Counted from the first letter of the stretch, positions 18,502-27,839 are shown. The stretch is DNA of 41,721 bases from Alphaproteobacteria bacterium (GCA_038151495.1 JAYOVO010000002.1:1-41721); one strand, 5' to 3'. Notes: generated by a model from the sequence alone, not told the origin. A program made the numbers and translations.

Positions 18502-19239
18502 CTACACATGCTGACCGCCATTTACATGTATTTCAGCGCCATTCACATAATTTGCCTGATCACTACATAAGAAAAAAATTGTGTCGGCCACTTCATCAGC
18601 ACTGCCAAAACGCTGCATGGGGATCTGTGGCAAAATGGCCGCTTCACTATCTGGCGACAAAATATCCGTTTTGATTTCACCAGGCGCAATGGCATTCACC
18701 CGCACCCCGCGTTTACCAAAATCAGACGCCATTTCCCGGGTCAGCGCACTTAATGCCGCTTTTGATGTGGCATAGGCAGACCCGGCAAATTCATGCACCC
18801 GGCTGCCAGCTATTGATGTCACATTTACCACCGTACCAGATCCCGCCTGCAAACAGTCAAGCAGTGATTTGGCCAGCATTAATGGGGCAAATACATTTAC
18901 CTGATATACCTGTTGCCACAAAGCCAGATCACCTGAAACAGAATCAAGCCGCCGCCCATCAGATGACTTTGGCGAAATGCCGGCATTATTGACAAGCGCA
19001 TGTAACGGCGCGCCATTCAACCTTGATTTCAATTCTGCGACACCGCGTTCGACATCTGCTGGCGTGGCCAGATCAATTTGCAGATGGTCTTCCGGGCCAG
19101 CTTCCCATGGGCAATTTTCCGGAAAGCCGTGACGCGAACAGGTAATAACCCGCCAGCCTTCTTTTGAAAATCTTTTGACCGTGGCGTGGCCAATACCACG
19201 GCTGGCCCCGGTCAAGACCAGGATTTTGCGATCATCCAT
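18502..19239 (-). CDS. Short-chain dehydrogenase/reductase, FixR-like
   Basis: TGASRGIG, NNAG, S..YATSK, PG; subfamily segments CPWEAGPEDHLQID, LHALVNNAGISPK, SRVHEFAGSAY and NGGQHV recall Bradyrhizobium FixR. Start ATG 19239. Confidence 0.88.
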   Translation of the reverse strand: MDDRKILVLTGASRGIGHATVKRFSKEGWRVITCSRHGFPENCPWEAGPEDHLQIDLATPADVERGVAELKSRLNGAPLHALVNNAGISPKSSDGRRLDSVSGDLALWQQVYQVNVFAPLMLAKSLLDCLQAGSGTVVNVTSIAGSRVHEFAGSAYATSKAALSALTREMASDFGKRGVRVNAIAPGEIKTDILSPDSEAAILPQIPMQRFGSADEVADTIFFLCSDQANYVNGAEIHVNGGQHV

Positions 19240-19374
19240 CTGCCTGCCCCTATTGCGAAGATGCCACAACCCGGCCCATGTGCGCGCACCACAGGCCGAA
19301 AACCGATGTCCAAGTCATGTCAGACTGCGCCATCCAAAAGCAGGCTGTCAACGGCTGTTCGCGGCACTGACGGC

Positions 19375-20289
19375 CTAGCTTGGCGTGATGCCGCGCAGAC
19401 GTTCAGAACGCCGTCTCAGCAGTTCAAGAACCGTGAGCAAAATAATCGACAAAATCACCAGCAATGTTGCCACCGCCAGAATCGTCGGGCTAATTTGTTC
19501 TCGAATCCCCGACCACATTTGCCGCGGAATTGTCCGCTGTTCAGGACTGGCCAAAAACAGCACCGCAACCACTTCATCAAATGAGGTGATAAAGGCAAAC
19601 AACCCGCCCGATACAACGCCCGGAATAATCAATGGCATTTGCACCCGCCGGAATGTTGTGATCGGCCCGGCACCCAGCGAATTCGCCGCCCGCACCAGCG
19701 ATTTATCAAACCCAACAAGCGTTGCTGTCACGGTGATAATGACAAATGGCGTGCCAAGAACAGCGTGCGCCATAATCACCCCAAGATAGGTCTGGCTGAG
19801 CTGGATACGCGAATAGAAAAAGAACATGCCAGCGGCGGTAATCACCAGCGGCACAATCATTGGCGAGATCAAAATGGACATCACCATCCGGCGATACGGC
19901 ATTTCTGACCGGCTTAGACCAATCGCCGCCAATGTGCCAAGCGCCGTTGATAGTAACGTGGCGCAAATACCGATAAAGAAGCTGTTGCGGATCGCCCGCA
20001 TCCATTGGCCGTTATTCCAAGTGTCCGAAAACCAAGCCCAGCTTAGCGGTTCATCAGGTGCCGCCATGCCATTTCGCAAAATATCTTCATACCAGCGCAA
20101 TGAATAGGCAGCTGGGTCAAATGACAGCATACCGGGGGTAAAACTAAAATAAGGCTCAACATTGAATGACAAAGGCAACACAATCAAAATCGGCAAGATC
20201 AAAAACAAAAAGATCAATCCGCAAATAAACCGATAGGCATAGTGCCAGATATATTCACCAGTGCTGGTATAGGGAGGTAGCTTTGCCAT
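19375..20289 (-). CDS. ABC transporter permease (PotC-like)
   Basis: SLRWY, NSFFIG, SPMIVP, EAA-type loop LVRAANSLGA, FITSFDEV. Confidence 0.92.
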   Translation of the reverse strand: MAKLPPYTSTGEYIWHYAYRFICGLIFLFLILPILIVLPLSFNVEPYFSFTPGMLSFDPAAYSLRWYEDILRNGMAAPDEPLSWAWFSDTWNNGQWMRAIRNSFFIGICATLLSTALGTLAAIGLSRSEMPYRRMVMSILISPMIVPLVITAAGMFFFYSRIQLSQTYLGVIMAHAVLGTPFVIITVTATLVGFDKSLVRAANSLGAGPITTFRRVQMPLIIPGVVSGGLFAFITSFDEVVAVLFLASPEQRTIPRQMWSGIREQISPTILAVATLLVILSIILLTVLELLRRRSERLRGITPS

Positions 20290-20293
20290 TTAT

Positions 20294-21562
20294 TTATCCC
20301 AGCTTCATATTGTCGATGCCGATAATACGGTCATAAGCCCAATAGAGTAACAATACGCCAGCCAGCAAAATGCCGCCAAGCGCCGCGGCCAATGACCAGT
20401 TGAGTGATTTTTGCATGTGATAGGCAATCATATTTGAAATCAACTGACCGTCCTGTCCGCCGACAAGTGCGGGCGTGATGTAATAGCCAATTGCCAAAAT
20501 GAACACCAGCAAACCGCCAGCCCCAACACCCGGAATTGTTTGCGGCATATACACTTTCAAAAAGGCGCGCGTTGGTGTGGCACCAAGCGATCTGGCCGCC
20601 CGCATATAGGATGGCGGTATGGTTTTCATCACCGAATAGAGCGGCAAAATCATAAAGGGCAACAAAATATGCGTCATTGCGATGATCGTGCCAGTCATAT
20701 TGTAAATCAGCGAAAAGCGGGATTCATCCCCGGTAATACCGATCCAGACAAGTAAATCATTGACCACACCTTGCGATTGCAAAATGGCAATCCATGCCGT
20801 TGTCCGCACCAAAAGCGACGTCCAGAACGGCAATAGCACCATAATCATCAACAGGTTTGAATGGCGCAACGGCAATGTCGCTAGCAAATAGGCAACCGGA
20901 TACCCCAGCAACAAACATAACAGCATAACACTGCCGGAAATCAGCAATGTTCGCCAAAATAATTTGACATAAATCTGTCTGTTTTCAACTTGGCTCACAA
21001 AGCCCTGATCAACGGTATATTTACCGTCAAGCGCTGTCGCGTAAAATCCGGGGGTAAGGCTCTGCGATGTTAATTTCATCGCCTGCCAGACTTCTAGTTC
21101 ACCCCATTTTTTATCAATCTTCACCATGGATTCGGCATAAGGCGGCGCAGCCTTTTTGACCTTGCGCGCAGATGACGTAAACAGCGAACGTGTGCCGGGC
21201 AATTCTTGGTTTACCCGTGTCGCAATCCGCCCAATGGTTTTATCTTCTCGCGCCGTTTTTATATCCGTGACAAGCGCCGAAAACATTTCTTCAGACGGCG
21301 CGCTAACACCATCCCATTGTTGAAGTTGCTGGGTCAGATTTGGTGTCAGACTGGCAAATGTGTCATTGTAGACGCCTTGCCACATCAAGGCCAAAATCGG
21401 GATCACAAAACTGGCCATGACAAAGGCGAATAACGGCAATACCAGACCAACGGCACGCACCCGGCTCCGAAACAGAGCTTGCGCCAGCTTCTTTTTCAGT
21501 GGCGTTCCATCAGCGGCCGTAATTGGCATATCTGCTGATGAAGATGCGTCGGTCATGGCCAT
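20294..21562 (-). CDS. ABC transporter permease (PotB-like, long periplasmic loop)
   Basis: LGYPVAY, LLPFWTSLLVR, LPFMILPLY, RAARSLGA, GYYITPALVGG. Start ATG 21562. Confidence 0.92.
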   Translation of the reverse strand: MAMTDASSSADMPITAADGTPLKKKLAQALFRSRVRAVGLVLPLFAFVMASFVIPILALMWQGVYNDTFASLTPNLTQQLQQWDGVSAPSEEMFSALVTDIKTAREDKTIGRIATRVNQELPGTRSLFTSSARKVKKAAPPYAESMVKIDKKWGELEVWQAMKLTSQSLTPGFYATALDGKYTVDQGFVSQVENRQIYVKLFWRTLLISGSVMLLCLLLGYPVAYLLATLPLRHSNLLMIMVLLPFWTSLLVRTTAWIAILQSQGVVNDLLVWIGITGDESRFSLIYNMTGTIIAMTHILLPFMILPLYSVMKTIPPSYMRAARSLGATPTRAFLKVYMPQTIPGVGAGGLLVFILAIGYYITPALVGGQDGQLISNMIAYHMQKSLNWSLAAALGGILLAGVLLLYWAYDRIIGIDNMKLG

Positions 21563-21587
21563 CGGGGATCTCTTAAAATGAATTAAC

Positions 21588-21623
21588 AAATAAAGATGGC
21601 TGCACCAGCGCGGGTGCAGCCAT
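21588..21623 (-). terminator. Stem-loop/attenuator between the binding-protein gene and the permeases
   Basis: Perfect 11-bp inverted repeat ATGGCTGCACC(21596-21606)/GGTGCAGCCAT(21613-21623), followed on the minus strand by CTTTATTT. Confidence 0.75.
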
Positions 21624-21632
21624 TTATGGTGA

Positions 21633-22724
21633 TTATTGTGCCAACCAAGCGTTGAAACGCTCGTTCAACTGATCCTGGTTATCTGCCCAGAATTCAAAGT
21701 CATTTTGCAGAGCATTGGCAAAGTTTGCTGATGCCGTTGGCATGTGAGGTGCCATCTTCAAGCTAGGATCTGAATGATACGTTCCAATTCTAGCTTCAGA
21801 GGACTTGCGAGCTGGGCCATATGAAATCCATGACGCCTGCGCGGCAAGCTGTTCTGTCGCGGTTGAGAAAGCAACAAAGTCAAGTGCGGCTTCTTTGTTC
21901 TTTGAACCTTTTGGGATCACCCAGAGGTCAAGGTCATAAATCTGACCGTCCCATACCATTTCGAATGGCTGGCCTTCACCGTTTTTCGCATTAAACACTC
22001 GGCCGTTCCACGCTGTTGAGAATACCACTTCACCATCTGCCAAAAGCTGTGGTGGCTGGGCACCAGCTTCCCACCAAACGATGTCACCTTTGATAGAGTC
22101 CAGCTTGGCAAATGCCCGCGCCACGCCTTCTTCGGTGCTCAGCACATCATAGACTTGAGATGTTGGCACACCATCAGCAATCAATGCAAATTCAAGTGTT
22201 ACCTTTGGGTTCTTTCTCATGCCACGCTTGCCAGGATAGGCTTTTGTGTCAAAGAAATCAGCCATAGTTTTTGGCGCGTTCCAACCACGCACTTTGCTTG
22301 AATCATAGGCATAAACAGAAGACCAAACGATGTTGGCAACGGCACATTCTTGCAATGCCCCATCAATGAAATCTTCGGTTGCTGGGGTGCCATCAGGCGC
22401 TGCTGGCAATGCTGAGTGGTCAATCGTTTCAAGAAGACCCTCATCACACGCACGAAGCGCGTCAGCCAATTCAACGTCCACAACATCCCAGGTCACGTTA
22501 CCTGATTCAACCTGTGCCTTAATTTCGGCAATACCCCCGCCGTAATCTTCGGATATAATTGTCTTACCGGTCTTTGCCATCCATGGCTTGTGGTAAGCTT
22601 CAACCTGTGACTTGGTGTATGCACCACCCCAAGACACAACCGTTAAGTCATTAGCCAGAGCAGTACCGCTAACACATAGCGACATACCTGCAACGGCAAA
22701 AAGGCCCTTTGTAAATCGAGACAT
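21633..22724 (-). CDS. ABC transporter substrate-binding protein (PotD/PotF superfamily, GABA/zwitterion-binder-like)
   Basis: Signal peptide; VVSWGGAY, WDVVDVE, LEFALIADGV, STAWNGR, DLDLW, ISYGP; strong AGGAGG RBS before ATG 22724. Confidence 0.92.
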   Translation of the reverse strand: MSRFTKGLFAVAGMSLCVSGTALANDLTVVSWGGAYTKSQVEAYHKPWMAKTGKTIISEDYGGGIAEIKAQVESGNVTWDVVDVELADALRACDEGLLETIDHSALPAAPDGTPATEDFIDGALQECAVANIVWSSVYAYDSSKVRGWNAPKTMADFFDTKAYPGKRGMRKNPKVTLEFALIADGVPTSQVYDVLSTEEGVARAFAKLDSIKGDIVWWEAGAQPPQLLADGEVVFSTAWNGRVFNAKNGEGQPFEMVWDGQIYDLDLWVIPKGSKNKEAALDFVAFSTATEQLAAQASWISYGPARKSSEARIGTYHSDPSLKMAPHMPTASANFANALQNDFEFWADNQDQLNERFNAWLAQ

Positions 22725-22841
22725 TTTGTCTTTCCTCCTATTGTTACCGGTACAGTGATTTATGTACCGCTCTTGGTTTATACCACCGCGAGACATACAT
22801 GTGCCTTTGCAGCAGCGGCATATTATTGACTATTCACATAG

Positions 22842-23945
22842 TCAAACTTGTTGTCGATAATCCAGCGCCCTGCAATCATCGGTCTTCCAACCCACATAAA
22901 GATTGGCGCCAATCTCAAGGCCCAACTGGCCAGATGTGTTTGGCACCTTTACAATAAATTGATCGTCACCAGCCACATTCATCCGGCAACGGATATGATC
23001 ACCAAGGTAAATTAATTCTTCAATGCGTGCATCGAGCATACTCATACTTGATGATTTTTTGGCTGACACAACACAACGTTCAGGCCGCACCGACAACATC
23101 GTCCGGCTACCTTTACCATCATTATTAACCGACAAGGCTTTGACCATGTGACCCGAATCCAGCTTGACCGTTGCCACAGATTTTGCAACCGACTCAACCG
23201 TGCCATTCAACCGGTTATTTTCGCCAATAAATTGTGCAACAAAGGCGTTGTCCGGCTTTTCATACAATGTCACCGGATCAGCAAGTTGCTGGATAATGCC
23301 ATCGTCAAACACCGCAATACGGTTTGACATGGTCAGTGCCTCTGACTGGTCATGCGTCACATAGACAACGGTAACGCCAAGATTTTCATGAATATGCTTG
23401 ATTTCATATTGCATATGTTCCCGCAACTGCTTGTCAAGCGCGCCAAGCGGTTCGTCCATCAGCACCAATTCAGGTTCAAAAACAAGGGCTCTGGCCAAAG
23501 CGATACGTTGTTGCTGGCCACCAGATAGCTGGGCGGGTTTGCGGTCGATGAAAGCCACCATCTGCACCATATCAAGTGCCTTGCGGACTTTTTCTTCAAC
23601 CTTTGCCGGTTCCATTTTCCGCACTTTCAGCGGGAACGCCAGATTTTCGCCAACCGTCATATGCGGGAACAGCGCATAATTCTGAAACACCATGCCAATA
23701 CCGCGTTTGTGGGGCGGGATGTTATTGATCGGTCGGCCACCAAGTTCAATATCGCCATGTGTTGCCGTTTCAAACCCGGCCAGCATCATCAAACAGGTTG
23801 TTTTTCCAGAACCAGACGGCCCCAGCATCGTGACAAATTCACCAGCGGCAATATCCAGATTCAAATCTTTGACGACGAGTGTTTCACCATCATAGCTCTT
23901 TTGAACGTTTTTAAACCGCACAAACGGATTATCAATTGTTTGCAT
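22842..23945 (-). CDS. ABC transporter ATP-binding protein (PotA-like, TOBE domain)
   Basis: GPSGSGKTT, VFQNYALFPHM, LSGGQQQ, LMDEPLGALD, VTHDQSEA. Confidence 0.95.
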   Translation of the reverse strand: MQTIDNPFVRFKNVQKSYDGETLVVKDLNLDIAAGEFVTMLGPSGSGKTTCLMMLAGFETATHGDIELGGRPINNIPPHKRGIGMVFQNYALFPHMTVGENLAFPLKVRKMEPAKVEEKVRKALDMVQMVAFIDRKPAQLSGGQQQRIALARALVFEPELVLMDEPLGALDKQLREHMQYEIKHIHENLGVTVVYVTHDQSEALTMSNRIAVFDDGIIQQLADPVTLYEKPDNAFVAQFIGENNRLNGTVESVAKSVATVKLDSGHMVKALSVNNDGKGSRTMLSVRPERCVVSAKKSSSMSMLDARIEELIYLGDHIRCRMNVAGDDQFIVKVPNTSGQLGLEIGANLYVGWKTDDCRALDYRQQV

Positions 23946-24246
23946 TCATTCCATTCCCGGGCCGCACATGCATCCGATTGTGCCAGAGCGACGTTAATTT
24001 CAGGCCGATATAAGTAAACGGGTGATGTTTCAAAAACTTTTGGTTAATTACTCAATATGTTTGAAAAATAAAACATGTTGTGGGGCATGAAGCAACACCA
24101 TAACGATCAAAAAATACCTTGATTCAATTAAATCTTTCTGTTTCGGACCGATCTTTATCTCTTCCCACCACCGCAAATTTATCTACACGCATCATTCAAT
24201 GCATCAGACCGTAATCAACACACCGCAAACCTGTTAGATACCAAGC

Positions 24247-25200
24247 TCAGCGATTGTGATGGATTCGGCCAATCAAATTGAGCAAAATTTGCGCCGCCAA
24301 TGTTGTGGTACTGCCAGACAAATCATAATCAGGTGCCACCTCGACCAAATCGACACCAACAATATCTCCATGTTTGCTCAGCCCGTCCAGAAATTCCAAG
24401 ATTTCATAATATAGAAACCCGCCATGCGACGGGGTGCCTGTACCGGCGGCAATTGACGGGTCAAATCCATCAATATCAATCGTCAGATAATAGCGTTCAC
24501 CCTGTGGAATGCGGGCCAGCATGCCATCAACCCCCAATTTGCGGAACTGGCGGACCGATTGAATATCAGAACCCATCTTGCGGGCATCTTCATAGCCATC
24601 ACGGGCTGTTGATGACACATTGCGAATGCCAATTTGCGACAGACCAGTGACATAGGGTTTTTCCGCCGCACGCCGCATTGGATTGCCATGCCCATATTTC
24701 ACACCATGGCGTTCATCAACAAAATCGAGATGTGCATCAATTTGCACAAGATGAACTGGCGCTTGGTCGGAAAATGCATTGATACAAGGAATATTTACCG
24801 AATGGTCACCGCCAAGCACAATCGGAATAGCACCTGCGGCAAGAATCGCGCGAACGCCAGCTTCGATATTAGCGTGGCTTTGCACCGTATCAGTATGCAC
24901 AATATCGGCATCACCAATATCAACGATCCGAATTTTATCAGCTTCTAGATAGGTGACATCATCTTCATGGTCATAGGCACCAGCATGGCCAAATGAAAAC
25001 AGCGTTGACGCTTCACGAATGCCGCGCGGGCCAAACCGCGCCCCGGCCCGAAATTGTGTGCCAAAATCAAATGGTGCGCCCAAAATAGCAAAATCAGCAT
25101 CAATCGAATCCCAATCCGGCTGATAGGGGAATTTGCCAAAACTACACAAACCAACAAAGGGCAGATTGAGCCGACCGGCTTCATATCCATGTTTTGACAT
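24247..25200 (-). CDS. speB: Ureohydrolase (agmatinase/guanidino-acid hydrolase family; substrate not established)
   Basis: GARFGP, GGDHS, DAHLD, DIDGFDP, GTGTP, DLVEVAP metal-site motifs; AGGAGG RBS before ATG 25200. The symbol is family-level only. Confidence 0.88.
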   Translation of the reverse strand: MSKHGYEAGRLNLPFVGLCSFGKFPYQPDWDSIDADFAILGAPFDFGTQFRAGARFGPRGIREASTLFSFGHAGAYDHEDDVTYLEADKIRIVDIGDADIVHTDTVQSHANIEAGVRAILAAGAIPIVLGGDHSVNIPCINAFSDQAPVHLVQIDAHLDFVDERHGVKYGHGNPMRRAAEKPYVTGLSQIGIRNVSSTARDGYEDARKMGSDIQSVRQFRKLGVDGMLARIPQGERYYLTIDIDGFDPSIAAGTGTPSHGGFLYYEILEFLDGLSKHGDIVGVDLVEVAPDYDLSGSTTTLAAQILLNLIGRIHHNR

Positions 25201-25460
25201 TTTTTCCTCCTGCCATGCGGGTGTTATTTTACCATGCCGCCAGCTTAACATGACGCCGAACAACAGCATGTGCCAACCTCAAAAACAGTAAAACAATAAC
25301 CGCATAACAACAAGCTGTGCCATTTTCGCTTTTTGCCGTTATCGTCAGTCTGCGGATATATCGAAGCCCGAAATAATTCACCGAAATGATTTGCTAGCAA
25401 TTTTTACCTTTACCACAATCTGCAACTGCGGCAGTCTTTGCGCACCACACCGATATTAGA

Positions 25461-25480
25461 CATGCCACGAGATTGGCATG
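25461..25480. promoter_or_regulatory. Inverted repeat, candidate operator
   Basis: CATGCCA-N6-TGGCATG, 27 nt upstream of the dpaL start, in the divergent ureohydrolase/dpaL gap. Confidence 0.35.
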
Positions 25481-25507
25481 CGTATGCGTAAATAAAGGGA
25501 TCTGGTT

Positions 25508-26665
25508 GTGTCACATCTGCCCCCCATCAAAAATGCAAAAATCATACAGCATGTTAGAAATGATGGGTTTCGCCGCGGCCCTTTCCCGAATGCAAAAAAC
25601 AATTTAAATGACGCGGTGATTGCGGCCGCGCAAACGACCATCACCGGTTGGCCCGGCTACACACCCACCCCGCTTATAAGCCTTGAAGCAATCGCCGCGG
25701 CATGCGGGGTGCGTGCGGTCTATTACAAGGACGAATCCCACCGCTTTGGCCTAAAATCATTCAAGGCACTTGGCGGGGCGTATGCGGTGGCCCAACTTGT
25801 AAATGACGAAAAAAAAGCCGGGCGCGACCCGTCAAAATTGACGGTGACAACGGCGACTGATGGCAATCATGGCCGTTCGGTTTCGTGGGGTGCCCAATTG
25901 GCGGGATGTCGGGCGGAAATCTACATCCATAAACATGTGAGCCGGGCGCGTGAAACAGCCATGGCACAATATGGGGCCAATGTGACCCGGGTAAATGGTA
26001 ATTACGAAGCCTCGCTGGCGGCATGTAAAGCAGATGCCGCGGCAAATGGCTGGCAGATCATATCCGACACATCATGGGATGGATATCGTGATATTCCCTT
26101 GCTGATTATGGCAGGCTACACCTTAATCGGCCGCGAAGTGATTGACCAGCTTGGCGCTGAAACACTCACCCATTGCTTTTTGCCAGTCGGTGTTGGCGGT
26201 CTTGCCAGCGGCATCGTCGCGCCATTATGGCAACATATGGACGAAAACCTGCCATCTATGATTTCGGTTGAATCGCATATGTCAGCCTGTTTTCTGGAAA
26301 GCATCGCCGCCCAGACCCCAACATTGGTTGATATCACTGAAGAAACATTGATGGCTGGCCTGTCATGCGGCGAGGTATCGCAATTGGCGTGGGAATTGTT
26401 GCAACCATCGCTTCGCCATTGCCTTGCCATTGATGATGCCGCGGTGGCCCCGCTGATGGCACGATTTGCCGACGGCACAATTGGCGGTGTTCAAATCGAG
26501 GCTGGCGAATGCGCAACCTCGGGACTTGCCGCACTGCTTGCCGCCAAACATGACCCAAAATGCTGGCAAAATCTTGGCTTTAATGCGGACTCGGTGATAT
26601 TGCTGATTGGATCAGAAGGGGCAACCGATGCCGATATTTACGCCCAACTTACATCATTAGGATAA
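25508..26665 (+). CDS. dpaL: Diaminopropionate ammonia-lyase (PLP fold type II)
   Basis: YKDESHRFGLKSFKALGG, ATDGNHGR, ISDTSWDGY, GVGGLA, TLMAGLSCGE, SEGATD; GTG start with AAGGGA RBS. Confidence 0.9.
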   Translation: MSHLPPIKNAKIIQHVRNDGFRRGPFPNAKNNLNDAVIAAAQTTITGWPGYTPTPLISLEAIAAACGVRAVYYKDESHRFGLKSFKALGGAYAVAQLVNDEKKAGRDPSKLTVTTATDGNHGRSVSWGAQLAGCRAEIYIHKHVSRARETAMAQYGANVTRVNGNYEASLAACKADAAANGWQIISDTSWDGYRDIPLLIMAGYTLIGREVIDQLGAETLTHCFLPVGVGGLASGIVAPLWQHMDENLPSMISVESHMSACFLESIAAQTPTLVDITEETLMAGLSCGEVSQLAWELLQPSLRHCLAIDDAAVAPLMARFADGTIGGVQIEAGECATSGLAALLAAKHDPKCWQNLGFNADSVILLIGSEGATDADIYAQLTSLG

Positions 26666-26672
26666 GAACTAG

Positions 26673-27839
26673 ATGACGACACCTCCACGCGGATTTGATG
26701 ATGCTGAATTTGCCGCCCGCTGTACCCATGCACAGGCCGCAATGGCGCGGGCTGATGTTGGCGCATTATTGCTGACAAGCGAAGCTGAAATTCGATATTT
26801 TACCGGCTTTATGACGCAATTCTGGCAGAGTCCAACCCGGCCATGGTTTGTCGTTATCCCGTCATCAGGCAAACCTGTTGCTGTCATTCCATCGATTGGC
26901 GCCCCGCTGATGCGGCAATGTTACACCGAAAACATCATTAGCTGGGCATCACCTGCGGCACATGATGATGGCATTACGCTGGTGGCCGATGTCATTCGCC
27001 AACATGTCACAAAGGGCGGCCGCTTGGGCATGCTGATGGGGCGCGAGACTGCCGTGCGGATGCCACTAGCCGATCTATTTGCCCTGCAACAGGAACTAGA
27101 TGCAATTAAGTTGCACGACATGACCGCCGACATCCAGCAAATCAGAATGGTAAAATCACCCGCCGAACAGGCCAAATTGCGCCATATCTGCGGCATTGTT
27201 TCGGATGTATTTGCGCATGTGCCTGACTGGTTGCAAGCCGGCATGCCATTTGATAACTGTTTCCGCCGGTTCAAAATTGATGCGCTGGAACGCGGCGTTG
27301 ATGATGTCAGTTATCTTGTCGGTGGGGTCGGGGCTGGCGGCTATGATGATATCATCGGACCACCTGTTTCAAAGGCGCTGGCAACGGGTGATGTGCTGAT
27401 GTTTGATACAGGCTGTATCTGGGATGGTTATTTCAGCGATTTTGATCGCAATTTCAGCATCGGCGCGGCGTCTGCCGAAGCACAAGATGCCCATAAAAAA
27501 TTATTTGATGCCACCGAAGCGGCCTTGTCGATTTTACGGCCCGGTATAACAGCCGCTGATTTATTCACCGCTATGGATGACATATTGCGACCAGACCAAA
27601 CGGCTGGCGGAGATGATGTTGGTCGCTATGGTCACGGGCTTGGTATTCAATTAACCGAAACGCCATCACACACGGCGTGGGACACAACCAAAATTACCGC
27701 TGGCATGGCGCTTACCATTGAACCGTCGATCAGCTATGGCGACGGGTTTATGATGGTTGCCGAAGAAAATCTTTTGGTGCATGACGACCATGTTGAATTG
27801 CTTACAACGCGCGCACCGCGGGATTTACCGGTGATCTGA
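26673..27839 (+). CDS. M24 (pita-bread) Xaa-Pro peptidase/creatinase-family hydrolase
   Basis: Creatinase-N-like start (IRYFTG), RMVKS.AE, FDTG..YFSDFDR, GHGLG, TIEP, AEEN; 7 nt after the dpaL stop. Confidence 0.88.
   Translation: MTTPPRGFDDAEFAARCTHAQAAMARADVGALLLTSEAEIRYFTGFMTQFWQSPTRPWFVVIPSSGKPVAVIPSIGAPLMRQCYTENIISWASPAAHDDGITLVADVIRQHVTKGGRLGMLMGRETAVRMPLADLFALQQELDAIKLHDMTADIQQIRMVKSPAEQAKLRHICGIVSDVFAHVPDWLQAGMPFDNCFRRFKIDALERGVDDVSYLVGGVGAGGYDDIIGPPVSKALATGDVLMFDTGCIWDGYFSDFDRNFSIGAASAEAQDAHKKLFDATEAALSILRPGITAADLFTAMDDILRPDQTAGGDDVGRYGHGLGIQLTETPSHTAWDTTKITAGMALTIEPSISYGDGFMMVAEENLLVHDDHVELLTTRAPRDLPVI

Noticed and set aside
23969-23986. Sigma54 promoter upstream of the ABC ATPase (minus strand CTGGCAC...ATGCA)
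   Set aside because: GG-to-GC spacing is 11 nt, not the required 10. The similar TGGCAT..TGC near 25474 has 9.
25201-25507. Guanidine riboswitch, or identity of the ureohydrolase as guanidine hydrolase GdmH
   Set aside because: No twin ACGR hairpins or ykkC-like core seen; the enzyme has DAHLD and GTGTP rather than the GdmH-type variants I recall, and there are no hypAB-like maturation genes.
26673-27839. DMSP lyase DddP or ectoine hydrolase EutD/DoeA
   Set aside because: It is shorter than DddP as I recall it and lacks its extended N-terminus; it retains the full metal-ligand set that EutD lacks, and there are no eut/doe neighbours. Left as an unassigned M24.
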